In this document: positions 11,852 to 23,853 of the stretch, one piece after another | Layout of the letters: each line of letters begins with the position of its first letter | Position numbering within the stretch: the stretch's first letter is position 1 | NCBI GenBank assembly: GCA_002269645.1 | Contig: NIVC01001487.1 | Coordinates: 97,294 to 161,293 of the forward strand | DNA: 64,000 bases | Reading direction: 5' to 3' | Source: Macrostomum lignano | Taxonomy: Eukaryota | Made by a program: the position numbers and the translations under genes | Notes under the pieces: generated by a model | Seen by the model: only the letters and a program-made list of their open reading frames with translations | Database searches by the model: none | Told to the model about the DNA's origin: nothing

Positions 11852-12597
11852 CTGAAAACGGGGAGGATGGGCATCGGGTTGCTTTGTTGACTGCGAGATA
11901 AAGAAAGGGAGAGATTGGGAAATGAAGATGAAGGAGGGAGGTGACTGGGGGATGAAGATGAAGGGAGGGAGGTGACTGGGGGATGAAGATGAAGGGAGGG
12001 AGGAGACTAGGAGATAAAGATGTAAATAGGGAAAGTGGGAGATGGAGAGACTGGGAGATGAAGCGAAGGCGGCTGAGGCATGAAAGAAAGGAAAGTGTGG
12101 GAGATAAAGGGAGACTGGGGGTTAGAGGAAGAGACTGGGAGATGAAGGGAGACAGGGAGGTGGAAGGAGAGACAGGGAGATGAAGGGAGACTGGGAGATG
12201 GAGGGAGAGACTGGTAGATGAAGGGAGACTTGAAGATGGAGAGAGAAACTGGGAAACGAAGAGATAGACTGGGAAATGAAGGGATAATAGGATGGGAGAT
12301 GAAGGGAGACTGGGAGATGGAGAGAGAGACTGGGAAACGAAGGGATAATAGGATGGTAGATAAAGGGAGACTAGGGTTAAAGGGAGAGACTAGGAGATAA
12401 AGAGAGACTGGGAGATAGAGGGAGAGACTGGGAGATGAAGGGGAGACTGGGAGATGAAGGGGAGACTGGGAGATAAAGGGAGGGAGACTGAGATGAAGGG
12501 AAAGAGAAACAGAGCGACGTAAACACAGAATGAGTCAGTGCCTCTGAACCAGGGGTACTCTCATGAGAGCACACCAACAGCCGCTACGCAAGCTCAC

Positions 12598-13037
12598 CTT
12601 TGGCCTGACTCATGAGGTTCCACAGTCGCTCTTCATCAGGACTGTGTGGGAAAATGCACTTGACTCCGTATCTGCACTGCTTGGTTTTGGCGATATTCTG
12701 GCACAGGAAGAACTTCGTTTGCGGCCTGTTGGGGTTCGGCACGGGCGCCCTGGCGTCGAGGCCGCTGTTGCTGTAGACGATGATGGGCTTCACCCAGGCG
12801 TGCTGCCGCTGCTGGCACTGGCTGGGCTTATTGGGGTCGCGCGGCGATCGGCACTTGAAGCAGACGGCTTTGAGCAGCTGCTGCTGTGGCTGCGGATTCG
12901 CTGCTGAAGGCGCTGAGGCCGCGGCAGCTGCTGACTGGGCGCCGCTGCTTCCAACAGTTCCAGTCGAGGAGGCTGCGGCAGCGGCTGAGTTCGATGAGGC
13001 CGGAACTGTCGAGGCAGCGGCTGTGGATTTGCGAAGC
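12598..13037 (-). CDS. Duplicated CCCH-module-5 exon of ZC3H7-like gene (orphan copy)
   Basis: Same as 18973-19412. Intact frame and splice sites. Confidence 0.65.
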
Positions 13038-13189
13038 CTGCAGACAACAGAAACATTTTGGGAGATGGGGATTTAGCCTGCAACTGATTGTAAGTGGCTG
13101 GAAATTTCCGTGGTATTGAGACCGGGTTTCTTGGAATTAGTATTTCGATTTCTAGAAATTTGAATTCTGATTAAATTTCGGATTCATTT

Positions 13190-13940
13190 TTTGAAAATTC
13201 GGATTGCGCTTCCTAAAAACCAAATTAGGATTCCTAAAATTCAGTTTGTGTTTCTTAGAAACGAAATTAGGATTCCCAAAATTCGGATTGTGTTTCTTAG
13301 AAGCGTAATTAGGATTCCCAAAATTCGGATTGTGTTTCTTAGAAGCGTAATTAGGATTCCCAAAATTCGGATTGTGTTTCTTAGAAACGAAATTAGGATT
13401 CCCAAAATTTGGATTGTGTTTCTTAGAAACAAAATTAGGATTCCCAAAATTCGGATTGTGTTTCTTAGAAACAAAATTAGGATTCCCAAAATTCGGATTG
13501 TGTTTCTTAGAAGCGTAATTAGGATTCCCAAAATTCGGATTGTGTTTCTTAGAAACGAAATTAGGATTCCCAAAATTCGGATTGTGTTTCTTAGAAGCGT
13601 AATTAGGATTCCCAAAATTCGGATTGTGTTTCTTAGAAACGAAATTAGGATTCCCAAAATTTGGATTGTGTTTCTTAGAAACAAAATTAGGATTCCCAAA
13701 ATTCGGATTGTGTTTCTTAGAAACGAAATTAGGATTCACAAAATTTGGATTGTGTTTCTTAAAAACAAAATTAGGATTCCCAAAATTCGGATTGTGTTTC
13801 TTAGAAGCGTAATTAGGATTCCCAAAATTCGGATTGTGTTTCTTAGAAGCGTAATTAGGATTCCCAAAATTCGGATTGTGTTTCTTAGAAGCGTAATTAG
13901 GATTCCCAGAATTCGGGTTGCGTTTCTTAGAAACGAAATT
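13190..13940. repeat. 42-bp minisatellite (TTAGGATTCCCAAAATTCGGATTGTGTTTCTTAGAAGCGTAA)
   Basis: Visible, intronic. Paralogous array at 19565-20270. Confidence 0.95.
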
Positions 13941-14142
13941 TGGGTTTTAAGAATACAGATCAAGTTTCATGAAATTCATACTGGGATTCTTAGAATTTAG
14001 ACTTAATTTCTCGGATTGCGCTGCTTAGAATCGATATCGGGGATATCTTACACTTTTGATTCATAAAGACTTAACATTGAGATTAATATTTTAAGAATTA
14101 AGACTCAAAAAGTGTTAATCAAAAACAGCACACAGCTCTCAC

Positions 14143-14516
14143 CTGCGCACAGCGGCGTCCCAGGACCAGCGGCCCACCCGCTCCAGATTCCACAGCTGGC
14201 ATTCCACTTCGCCGTGCGCGTAGTCGCAGTCGGACCTGAGGCACTTGTCCTCCACGTACAGGCGGCAGTTGTAGTACTCCCTGACCGGCTTGCTGCCTGA
14301 CCGCAGCTGCCGCACCTGGCACCAGTGAGAGGCGCCGGGCGCCCGGACCAGCAGGCGGGTCTCGGCGCAGGAGTGCCCGGTCGCTGGGTCGTACTTGAAC
14401 CGGGTGCAGATCACGTCCAGCGGCGTGGAGCACTGGTCGCAGGCCAGAACCATGGAGTAGTCCGGGACCGACGGGAATTCTAGCGTGGATGCGGCGGCTT
14501 GGCCGGCCGTCCGAGA
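14143..14516 (-). CDS. Duplicated CCCH-module-4 exon of ZC3H7-like gene (orphan copy)
   Basis: Same as 20476-20849 except a CTA/CCA (Leu/Pro) change at 14482. Splice sites intact. Confidence 0.65.
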
Positions 14517-14589
14517 CTGAGGGAGACGCGGGGGGGACCCCAAAATCTTTAAACAATCTCTCCCTGCAGAATGATGGAATAAAAAAACG

Positions 14590-15980
14590 ATCAGAATCCA
14601 AATCTACTAAATCTCACCCCTTAGAATCCAAATCTACTAAATCTCACCCCTCAGAATCCAAATCTACTAAATCTCACCCCTCAGAACCCAAATCTAATAA
14701 ATCTCACCCCTTAGAATCCATCCAAATCTACTAAATCTCACCCCTCAGAATCTAAATCTACTAAATCTCACCCTGGAGAATCCAAACCTACTAAATCTCA
14801 CCCTGGAGAATCCAAATCTACTAAATCTCACCCTGGAGAATCCAAATCTACTAAATCTTAACCCTCAGAATCCAAATACACTAAATCTCACACTATACTC
14901 CAAAACAACAAAATCTCATTCTAGAAGACACCCAACCCACAAAATCTCAGTCTAGAAGACACCCAACCCACAAAATCTCAGCCTAAAGACACCCAACCCA
15001 CAAAATCTCATTCTAGAAGACACCCAACCCACAAAATCTCAGTCTAGAAGACACCCAACCCACAAAATCTCAGTCTAGAAGACACCCAACCCACAAAATC
15101 TCAGTCTAGAAGACACCCAACCCACAAAATCTCAGTCTAGAAGACACCCAACCCACAAAATCTCAGTCTAGAAGACACCCAACTCACAAAATCTCAGTCT
15201 AGAAGACACCCAACCCACAAAATCTGTCTAGAAGACACCCAACCCACAAAATCTGTCTAAAAGACACCCAACCCACAAAATCTGTCTAGAAGACACCCAA
15301 CCCACAAAATCTGTCTAGAAGACACCCAACCCACAAAATCTCAGTCTAGAAGACACCCAACCCACAAAATCTGTCTAGAAGACACCCAACTCACAAAATC
15401 TCAGTCTAGAAGACACCCAACTCACAAAATCTCAGTCTAGAAGACACCCAACCCACAAAATCTCAGTCTAGAAGACACCCAACCCACAAAATCTGTCTAG
15501 AAGACACCCAACCCACAAAATCTGTCTAGAAGACACCTAACCCACAAAATCTCAGCCTAAAGACACCCAACCCACAAAATCTCATTCTAGAAGACACCCA
15601 ACCCACAAAATCTCAGTCTAGAAGACACCCAACCCACAAAATCTCAGTCTAGAAGACACCCAACCCACAAAATCTCAGTCTAGAAGACACCCAACTCACA
15701 AAATCTCAGTCTAGAAGACACCCAACCCACAAAATCTGTCTAGAAGACACCCAACCCACAAAATCTGTCTAGAAGACACCCAACACACAAAATCTGTCTA
15801 GAAGACACCCAACCCACAAAATCTGTCTAGAAGACACCCAACCCACAAAATCTGTCTAGAAGACACCCAACCCACAAAATCTCAGTCTAGAAGACACCCA
15901 ACTCACAAAATCTCAGTCTAGAAGACACCCAACTCACAAAATCTCAGTCTAGAAGACACCCAACCCACAAAATCTCAAGC
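14590..15980. repeat. Adjacent 30-bp (AATCCAAATCTACTAAATCTCACCCCTCAG) and 29/31-bp (TCTAGAAGACACCCAACCCACAAAATCTCAG) minisatellites
   Basis: Visible. Paralogous to 20925-22495. Confidence 0.95.
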
Positions 15981-16204
15981 CACAATTCACAGTCTCACCG
16001 TTGGGAAGAATTGAGTTTAGGAGGGTCTGGAATGGATTAGGGGAGGGTCCGATATGTATTAGGGGAGGGGGTTTGTAGGTATGCATTTAACATTACTTAA
16101 AACAAAGGAGTGACTCCCAACATAGAAGTACACATGCACTGTTGTAGGCCTTTGCTGCCAGACTCCATCATTTAGTTGTCTGTTGGAAAGCCTCTACACT
16201 GTGT

Positions 16205-16375
16205 CTGACAGACAGACACACAGACAGAGACAGAGAGACAGACAGAGAGACAGACAGACAGACAGACAGACACACAGACAGAGACAGAGAGACAGACAGA
16301 CAGACAGAGAGACAGACAGACAGACAGACAGAGAGACAGAGACAGAAAGACAGACAGACAGACAGAGACAGAAAG

Positions 16376-16428
<53 letters not shown>

Positions 16429-16507
16429 GACAGAAAGACAGACGGACAGACAGACAGACAGAAAGACACTAAGACAGACACTAAGACAGACACTAAGACA
16501 GACAGAA

Positions 16508-16550
<43 letters not shown>

Positions 16551-16567
16551 GAGACAGAGACAGAAAG

Positions 16568-16620
<53 letters not shown>

Positions 16621-16703
16621 GACAGAAAGACAGACGGACAGACAGACAGACACACAGACAGACAGAGACAGACAGACAGACAGACAGACAGAGAGACAGA
16701 CAC

Positions 16704-16734
<31 letters not shown>

Positions 16735-16785
16735 CACAGACAGACAGACAGACACACAGACAGACAGACAGACACACAGACAGTC
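16205..16785. repeat. (CAGA)n microsatellite
   Basis: Visible. About 90 bp longer than the paralog and with CACTAA variants. Confidence 0.97.
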
Positions 16786-17386
16786 CCAATGAGAACGCAG
16801 GCATCTAGCATCTCAGGGGCGATGCTGAGAGGATGCTGGCTGAAAGAAACTGAAAGACAATGCAGACGAGATCGAGGTCACTAGAGGATAATTATCAGAA
16901 CAAACCCCGCACAACACAAGCCAGAAAATTAACAAACGCTTTGAAAAAAGATGTTTAGACCAGACTTTTCTCTGGTTAGTAGTATAAGGCAAAATAGTAG
17001 TGTAGCATAATTAAAATTTATATTTTTGTTGATGCATTATAAATTTTATTAATTGTATCCTCTCGCCAGTACAGTGGAGGCACGGGCAGACAACTGGGAA
17101 CAAATTCATGTGAAAGGGAAACCACAGGCCGACTGGCAGAACATGCAATTCTGTTCTTTCGCTGAACAACATGGCAGAGCTGAGCTGCACAACCGCATAT
17201 TAACAATTGCGAAATGGAAAATATTTTAACTAGTTGATCTTTGCAAATTTTACAATGGGACAGTTTCGAAAATATGATTAAAAGTTTCAAAACTAGCCTC
17301 AGACACGCAGCAACCTCCATCCTAGCGTCTGCTTTGCAGGCACTGAGAAGCCTGGATTTATGGAAATATTCTGAAGAGGATTTTGA

Positions 17387-17832
17387 AGATCTGGGAGGCT
17401 GGACTAGTAACTGAGGATCTGGGAGGCTGGCCCAGCAACTGACACTCTGGGAGGCTGACCCAGCAACTGAGGATCTGGGAGGCTGGCCCAGCAACTGACA
17501 CTCTGGGAGGCTGGCCCAGCAACTGACACTCTGGGAGGCTGGCCCAGCAACTGAGGATCTGGGAGGCTGGCCCAGCAACTGACACTCTGGGAGGCTGGCC
17601 CAGCAACTGAGGATCTGGGAGGCTGGCCCAGCAACTGGGGATCTGGGAGGCTGGCCCAGCAACTGGGGATCTGGGAGGCTGGCCCAGCAACTGACACTCT
17701 GGGAGGCTGGCCCAGCAACTGGGGATCTGGGAGGCTGGCCCAGCAACTGGGGATCTGGGAGGCTGGCCCAGCAACTGGGGATCTGGGAGGCTGGCCCAGC
17801 AACTGACACTCTGGGAGGCTGGCGGTGGTGAC
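17387..17832. repeat. 28-bp minisatellite
   Basis: Visible. Confidence 0.95.
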
Positions 17833-18169
17833 GCAGTAACATAGAATCTGCATGGCAAATTGAAACCAGAGTTAGGAAAAAAAATCATCGAGTACGTACT
17901 AGAATAGTTAGCAGTTGACAAAATAGTTGTGTTTCGATGGATGCTGAGCCTCAAGCCAAAAGCTCACTCAGGTACACAGCAGGAAAGAAATTCACAATTT
18001 TTCGGGTCATAGAAAATGATCAAACACGGCTGGTATCAGTAGCAATGTGTGCGACATGATCTGAGTATTGTATTGTCGATTGGTTAAGCATTTCAAGTGT
18101 CAGTTTAAGGTGTCCTCTTGGCCTGGTTGGCAAGCCAGCCGACGTCAAAAACCCAGCAAAGCAGAAATT

Positions 18170-18225
18170 TTAATTACGGCGGCTTGGAGCGCAGTATTTC
18201 TCGTAGTACTTCTCCAGGTCAGTCT
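18170..18225 (-). CDS. ZC3H7: ZC3H7-like gene, terminal coding exon
   Basis: Acceptor ccccgttttCAG, phase 1. Reads (E)TDLEKYYEKYCAPSRRN-stop. Confidence 0.75.
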
Positions 18226-18284
18226 CTGAAAACGGGGAGGATGGGCATCGGGTTGCTTTGTTGACTGCGAGATAAAGAAAGGGA

Positions 18285-18885
18285 GAGATTGGGAAATGAA
18301 GATGAAGGAGGGAGGTGACTGGGGGATGAAGATGAAGGGAGGGAGGTGACTGGGGGATGAAGATGAAGGGAGGGAGGAGACTAGGAGATAAAGATGTAAA
18401 TAGGGAAAGTGGGAGATGGAGAGACTGGGAGATGAAGCGAAGGCGGCTGAGGCATGAAAGAAAGGAAAGTGTGGGAGATAAAGGGAGACTGGGGGTTAGA
18501 GGAAGAGACTGGGAGATGAAGGGAGACAGGGAGGTGGAAGGAGAGACAGGGAGATGAAGGGAGACTGGGAGATGGAGGGAGAGACTGGTAGATGAAGGGA
18601 GACTTGAAGATGGAGAGAGAAACTGGGAAACGAAGAGATAGACTGGGAAATGAAGGGATAATAGGATGGGAGATGAAGGGAGACTGGGAGATGGAGAGAG
18701 AGACTGGGAAACGAAGGGATAATAGGATGGTAGATAAAGGGAGACTAGGGGTTAAAGGGAGAGACTAGGAGATAAAGAGAGACTGGGAGATAGAGGGAGA
18801 GACTGGGAGATGAAGGGGAGACTGGGAGATGAAGGGGAGACTGGGAGATAAAGGGAGGGAGACTGAGATGAAGGGAAAGAGAAAC
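18285..18885. repeat. GA-rich degenerate repeat (GGGAGACTGGGAGAT), intronic; paralog at 11910-12510
   Basis: Visible. Confidence 0.9.
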
Positions 18886-18972
18886 AGAGCGACGTAAACA
18901 CAGAATGAGTCAGTGCCTCTGAACCAGGGGTACTCTCATGAGAGCACACCAACAGCCGCTACGCAAGCTCAC

Positions 18973-19412
18973 CTTTGGCCTGACTCATGAGGTTCCACAG
19001 TCGCTCTTCATCAGGACTGTGTGGGAAAATGCACTTGACTCCGTATCTGCACTGCTTGGTTTTGGCGATATTCTGGCACAGGAAGAACTTCGTTTGCGGC
19101 CTGTTGGGGTTCGGCACGGGCGCCCTGGCGTCGAGGCCGCTGTTGCTGTAGACGATGATGGGCTTCACCCAGGCGTGCTGCCGCTGCTGGCACTGGCTGG
19201 GCTTATTGGGGTCGCGCGGCGATCGGCACTTGAAGCAGACGGCTTTGAGCAGCTGCTGCTGTGGCTGCGGATTCGCTGCTGAAGGCGCTGAGGCCGCGGC
19301 AGCTGCTGACTGGGCGCCGCTGCTTCCAACAGTTCCAGTCGAGGAGGCTGCGGCAGCGGCTGAGTTCGATGAGGCCGGAACTGTCGAGGCAGCGGCTGTG
19401 GATTTGCGAAGC
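18973..19412 (-). CDS. ZC3H7: ZC3H7-like gene, exon with CCCH module 5
   Basis: ..KAVCFKC..C..HAWV..FFLCQNIAKTKQCRYGVKCIFPHSPDEERLW. Phases 2/1 match the neighbouring exons. Confidence 0.85.
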
Positions 19413-19564
19413 CTGCAGACAACAGAAACATTTTGGGAGATGGGGATTTAGCCTGCAACTGATTGTAAGTGGCTGGAAATTTCCGTGGTATTGAGACCGG
19501 GTTTCTTGGAATTAGTATTTCGATTTCTAGAAATTTGAATTCTGATTAAATTTCGGATTCATTT

Positions 19565-20270
19565 TTTGAAAATTCGGATTGCGCTTCCTAAAAACCAAAT
19601 TAGGATTCCTAAAATTCAGTTTGTGTTTCTTAGAAACGAAATTAGGATTCCCAAAATTCGGATTGTGTTTCTTAGAAGCGTAATTAGGATTCCCAAAATT
19701 CGGATTGTGTTTCTTAGAAGCGTAATTAGGATTCCCAAAATTCGGATTGTGTTTCTTAGAAACGAAATTAGGATTCCCAAAATTTGGATTGTGTTTCTTA
19801 GAAACAAAATTAGGATTCCTAAAATTCGGATTGTGTTTCTTAGAAACGAAATTAGGATTCCCAAAATTCGGATTGTGTTTCTTAGACGCGTAATTAGGAC
19901 TCCCAAAATTCGGATTGTGTTTCTTAGAAACAAAATTAGGATTCCCAAAATTCGGATTGTGTTTCTTAGAAGCGTAATTAGGATTCCCAAAATTCGGATT
20001 GTGTTTCTTAGACGCGTAATTAGGATTCCCAAAATTCGGATTGTGTTTCTTAGAAGCGTAATTAGGATTCCCAAAATTCGGATTGTGTTTCTTAGACGCG
20101 TAATTAGGACTCCCAAAATTCGGATTGTGTTTCTTAGAAAAAAAATTAGGATTCCCAAAATTCGGATTGTGTTTCTTAGAAGCGTAATTAGGATTCCCAA
20201 AATTCGGATTGTGTTTCTTAGAAGCGTAATTAGGATTCCCAGAATTCGGGTTGCGTTTCTTAGAAACAAA
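19565..20270. repeat. 42-bp minisatellite, intronic
   Basis: Visible. Confidence 0.95.
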
Positions 20271-20475
20271 ATTTGGGTTTTAAGAATACAGATCAAGTTT
20301 CATGAAATTCATACTGGGATTCTTAGAATTTAGACTTAATTTCTCGGAATGCGCTGCTTAGAATCGATATCGGGGATATCTTACACTTTTGATTCATAAA
20401 GACTTAACATTGACATTAATATTTTAAGAATTAAGACTCAAAAAGTGTTAATCAAAAACAGCACACAGTTCTCAC

Positions 20476-20849
20476 CTGCGCACAGCGGCGTCCCAGGACC
20501 AGCGGCCCACCCGCTCCAGATTCCACAGCTGGCATTCCACTTCGCCGTGCGCGTAGTCGCAGTCGGACCTGAGGCACTTGTCCTCCACGTACAGGCGGCA
20601 GTTGTAGTACTCCCTGACCGGCTTGCTGCCTGACCGCAGCTGCCGCACCTGGCACCAGTGAGAGGCGCCGGGCGCCCGGACCAGCAGGCGGGTCTCGGCG
20701 CAGGAGTGCCCGGTCGCTGGGTCGTACTTGAACCGGGTGCAGATCACGTCCAGCGGCGTGGAGCACTGGTCGCAGGCCAGAACCATGGAGTAGTCCGGGA
20801 CCGACGGGAATTCTGGCGTGGATGCGGCGGCTTGGCCGGCCGTCCGAGA
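20476..20849 (-). CDS. ZC3H7: ZC3H7-like gene, exon with CCCH module 4
   Basis: LACDQC...HSCAETRLL...WCQVR...YYNCRLYVEDKCLRSDCDYAHGEVECQLW. Acceptor tctccctCAG, donor GTGAGA, phases 0/2. Confidence 0.87.
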
Positions 20850-20924
20850 CTGAGGGAGACGCGGGGGGGGACCCCAAAATCTTTAAACAATCTCTCCCTG
20901 CAGAATGATGGAATAAAAAAACGA

Positions 20925-22495
20925 TCAGAATCCAAATCTACTAAATCTCACCCCTTAGAATCCATCCAAATCTACTAAATCTCATCCCTCAGAATCCAAA
21001 TCTACTAAATCTCACCCCTCAGAATCCAAATCTACTAAATCTCATCCCTCAGAATCTAAATCTACTAAATCTCACCCTGGAGAATCCAAACCTACTAAAT
21101 CTCACCCTGGAGAATCCAAATCTACTAAATCTCACCCTGGAGAATTCAAATCTACTAAATCTCACCCTGGAGAATCCAAATCTACTAAATCTCACCCTGG
21201 AGAATCCAAATCTACTAAATCTTAACCCTCAGAATCCAAATACACTAAATCTCACACTATACTCCAAAACAACAAAATCTCAGTCTAGAAGACACCCAAC
21301 TCACAAAATCTCAGTCTAGAAGACACCCAACCCACAAAATCTCAGTCTAGAAGACACCCAACCCACAAAATCTCAGTCTAGAAGACACCCAACCCACAAA
21401 ATCTGTCTAGAAGACACCCAACCCACAAAATCTGTCTAGAAGACACCCAACCCACAAAATCTGTCTAGAAGACACCCAACCCACAAAATCTGTCTAGAAG
21501 ACACCCAACCCACAAAATCTGTCTAGAAGACACCCAACCCACAAAATCTCAGTCTAGAAGACACCCAACCCACAAAATCTGTCTAGAAGACACCCAACTC
21601 ACAAAATCTCAGTCTAGAAGACACCCAACCCACAAAATCTCAGTCTAGAAGACACCCAACTCACAAAATCTCAGTCTAGAAGACACCCAACCCACAAAAT
21701 CTCAGTCTAGAAGACACCCAACTCACAAAATCTCAGTCTAGAAGACACCCAACTCACAAAATCTCAGTCTAGAAGACACCCAACTCACAAAATCTCAGTC
21801 TAGAAGACACCCAACTCACAAAATCTCAGTCTAGAAGACACCCAACTCACAAAATCTCAGTCTAGAAGACACCCAACCCACAAAATCTCAGTCTAGAAGA
21901 CACCCAACTCACAAAATCTCAGTCTAGAAGACACCCAACCCACAAAATCTGTCTAGAAGACACCCAACCCACAAAATCTCATTCTAGAAGACACCCAACC
22001 CACAAAATCTGTCTAGAAGACACCCAACCCACAAAATCTGTCTAGAAGACACCCAACCCACAAAATCTGTCTAGAAGACACCCAACCCACAAAATCTGTC
22101 TAGAAGACACCCAACCCACAAAATCTGTCTAGAAGACACCCAACCCACAAAATCTGTCTAGAAGACACCCAACCCACAAAATCTCAGTCTAGAAGACACC
22201 CAACTCACAAAATCTCAGTCTAGAAGACACCCAACTCACAAAATCTCAGTCTAGAAGACACCCAACCCACAAAATCTCAGTCTAGAAGACACCCAACCCA
22301 CAAAATCTGTCTAGAAGACACCCAACCCACAAAATCTGTCTAGAAGACACCCAACCCACAAAATCTCAGTCTAGAAGACACCCAACCCACAAAATCTCAG
22401 TCTAGAAGACACCCAACTCACAAAATCTCAGTCTAGAAGACACCCAACTCACAAAATCTCAGTCTAGAAGACACCCAACCCACAAAATCTCAAGC
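20925..22495. repeat. 30-bp and 29/31-bp minisatellites, intronic
   Basis: Visible. Confidence 0.95.
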
Positions 22496-22513
22496 CACAA
22501 TTCACAGTCTCAC

Positions 22514-22786
22514 CGTTGGGAAGGCGGCATTTATAGGGAATCCCCCGCTGGCGGAAGTCTTTACCTCCATTAACGGCGAGATGATCGAGGCGGCCGGAGC
22601 AGGTGGCGCGAACTTCTGACCGATTGGCCTGAGCAGAGGCGCCGGTTCGTCGAAATTGTCCAATGAGTTCAAGTAGCTTTGCGACTTCTTAGCGCCCTGC
22701 TGCTGCTGCTGCTGCTGCTGGGCGGCCGCGGGCAGGGCAGCGGCGAAGCCGGGGGCGGAGTCCGGTGTGAGAAGAGACTGGCTGGC
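22514..22786 (-). CDS. ZC3H7: ZC3H7-like gene, linker exon (91 codons, poly-Q)
   Basis: Not in the ORF track. Acceptor gatccgCAG, donor GTGAGA, phases 0/0. Reads ASQSLLTPD...QQQQQQQQ...SYLNSLDNFDEP...FPT. Confidence 0.8.
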
Positions 22787-23033
22787 CTGCGGATCGGAAA
22801 GGTCAAATGAAGGTCAAATTGCGCTAAATAATCAAATGAAAATCAGCCTTGCGCTTTTACTGCCAGTTGGTGCAGGTTAAGCAAGCCTGATGGTGGTTAG
22901 TACGACAAGAATGTCGCAGTGAGTAAGGTAGTTACACTAGAATCTTAAGTGTCAGGGAACAGAGATGGAAATCTCCAACTGTCTACTAGCAGTAGGCTGT
23001 ACCCAGCTTAGCATAGCCGGCAAAATCGCTCAC

Positions 23034-23792
23034 CGACTGAGAGGCGGATGCCGACGCGGCAGCAGCAGCCGAGTAGAGCGACGCCGTCTGCGGCTGCGGC
23101 GGCTCGTCGTTGAAGTCGTCCAAAGAGTTCAAATAGTCGCCCCCGCCGCGGCCCACCATCGGCTGGCTGTGGTCCGGGCTGAGCAAGGAAGCCGGCCGGG
23201 CAGCGGGCAGGCCGGGATCGTAGCCGCCATAGTACACCTGCTGCTGCTCCTCCGCCTCGTCTCCTGGTGGAATCAAAGCTACGGCAGGCTGCAGACTCTG
23301 CCTGGCCTGCTCAATAAAACGGGCCACGTTGAACTGGTCATCGCACTGCAGATTCCACAGGTGAAGTTCTTCGTGCCCGTGCGGGAACGGGCACTCCAAG
23401 CCGAGCTGACAGCGCTGCTTGCGGGCGAAGTGCCGGCAGAAATTGGTGAACTCCTGCCTGAAGTAGTCGGGCGGCGGCCGGATCAGCTTCCAACCTTCGG
23501 AGGCTTTCTCGCGCTGGCAGACGAACAGGCAGTCCAGCTGGCAGGCGTGGCAGGAGCTGTGGTTGTCCAACATGCAGTAGGCGAACCCGTTCTGCCCGAG
23601 CAGCTCGGCCACGCAGTCCAGACAGCCCAGGCGGTACTGGTGCGTGCTGTCTAGCGGGAACTCCAGCTGATCTGCGTCCGCCTCCGCCTCGTTGCCATAG
23701 TCTTCTGAGTCCTTAGCAACGCTGTACATGGTATCGTAGCTGGCGGTGTCGCTGTAACCATAGAGACCGGATGAACCGCCGAAGGAGGAAGC
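23034..23792 (-). CDS. ZC3H7: ZC3H7-like gene, exon with CCCH module 3
   Basis: LGCLDC..HSSCHACQLDCL..WKLIRPPP..FTNFCRHFARKQRCQLGLECPFPHGHEELHLW. 253 codons, phases 0/0. Confidence 0.88.
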
Positions 23793-23853
23793 CTGTATGG
23801 GGATTAAACCGAGTTGATGAACAGCACGACCGGCGTTCTTGGGATTTAAGAGG

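Larger units (their letters stand above)
9725..16008. repeat. Segmental tandem duplication, copy 1 (partial ZC3H7-like gene)
   Basis: Near-identical to 16009-22523, with an offset of 6374-6375 over most of its length. Junction ...CACCGTTGGGAAG|AATTGAGTTTAGG at 16008/16009. Confidence 0.95.
16009..22523. repeat. Segmental tandem duplication, copy 2 (continuous with the complete ZC3H7-like gene)
   Basis: Near-identical to 9725-16008. Confidence 0.95.

Noticed and set aside
13152-14000. NPNF/IRIP repeat ORFs (also 19566-20333)
   Set aside because: Intronic 42-bp array translated in several frames.
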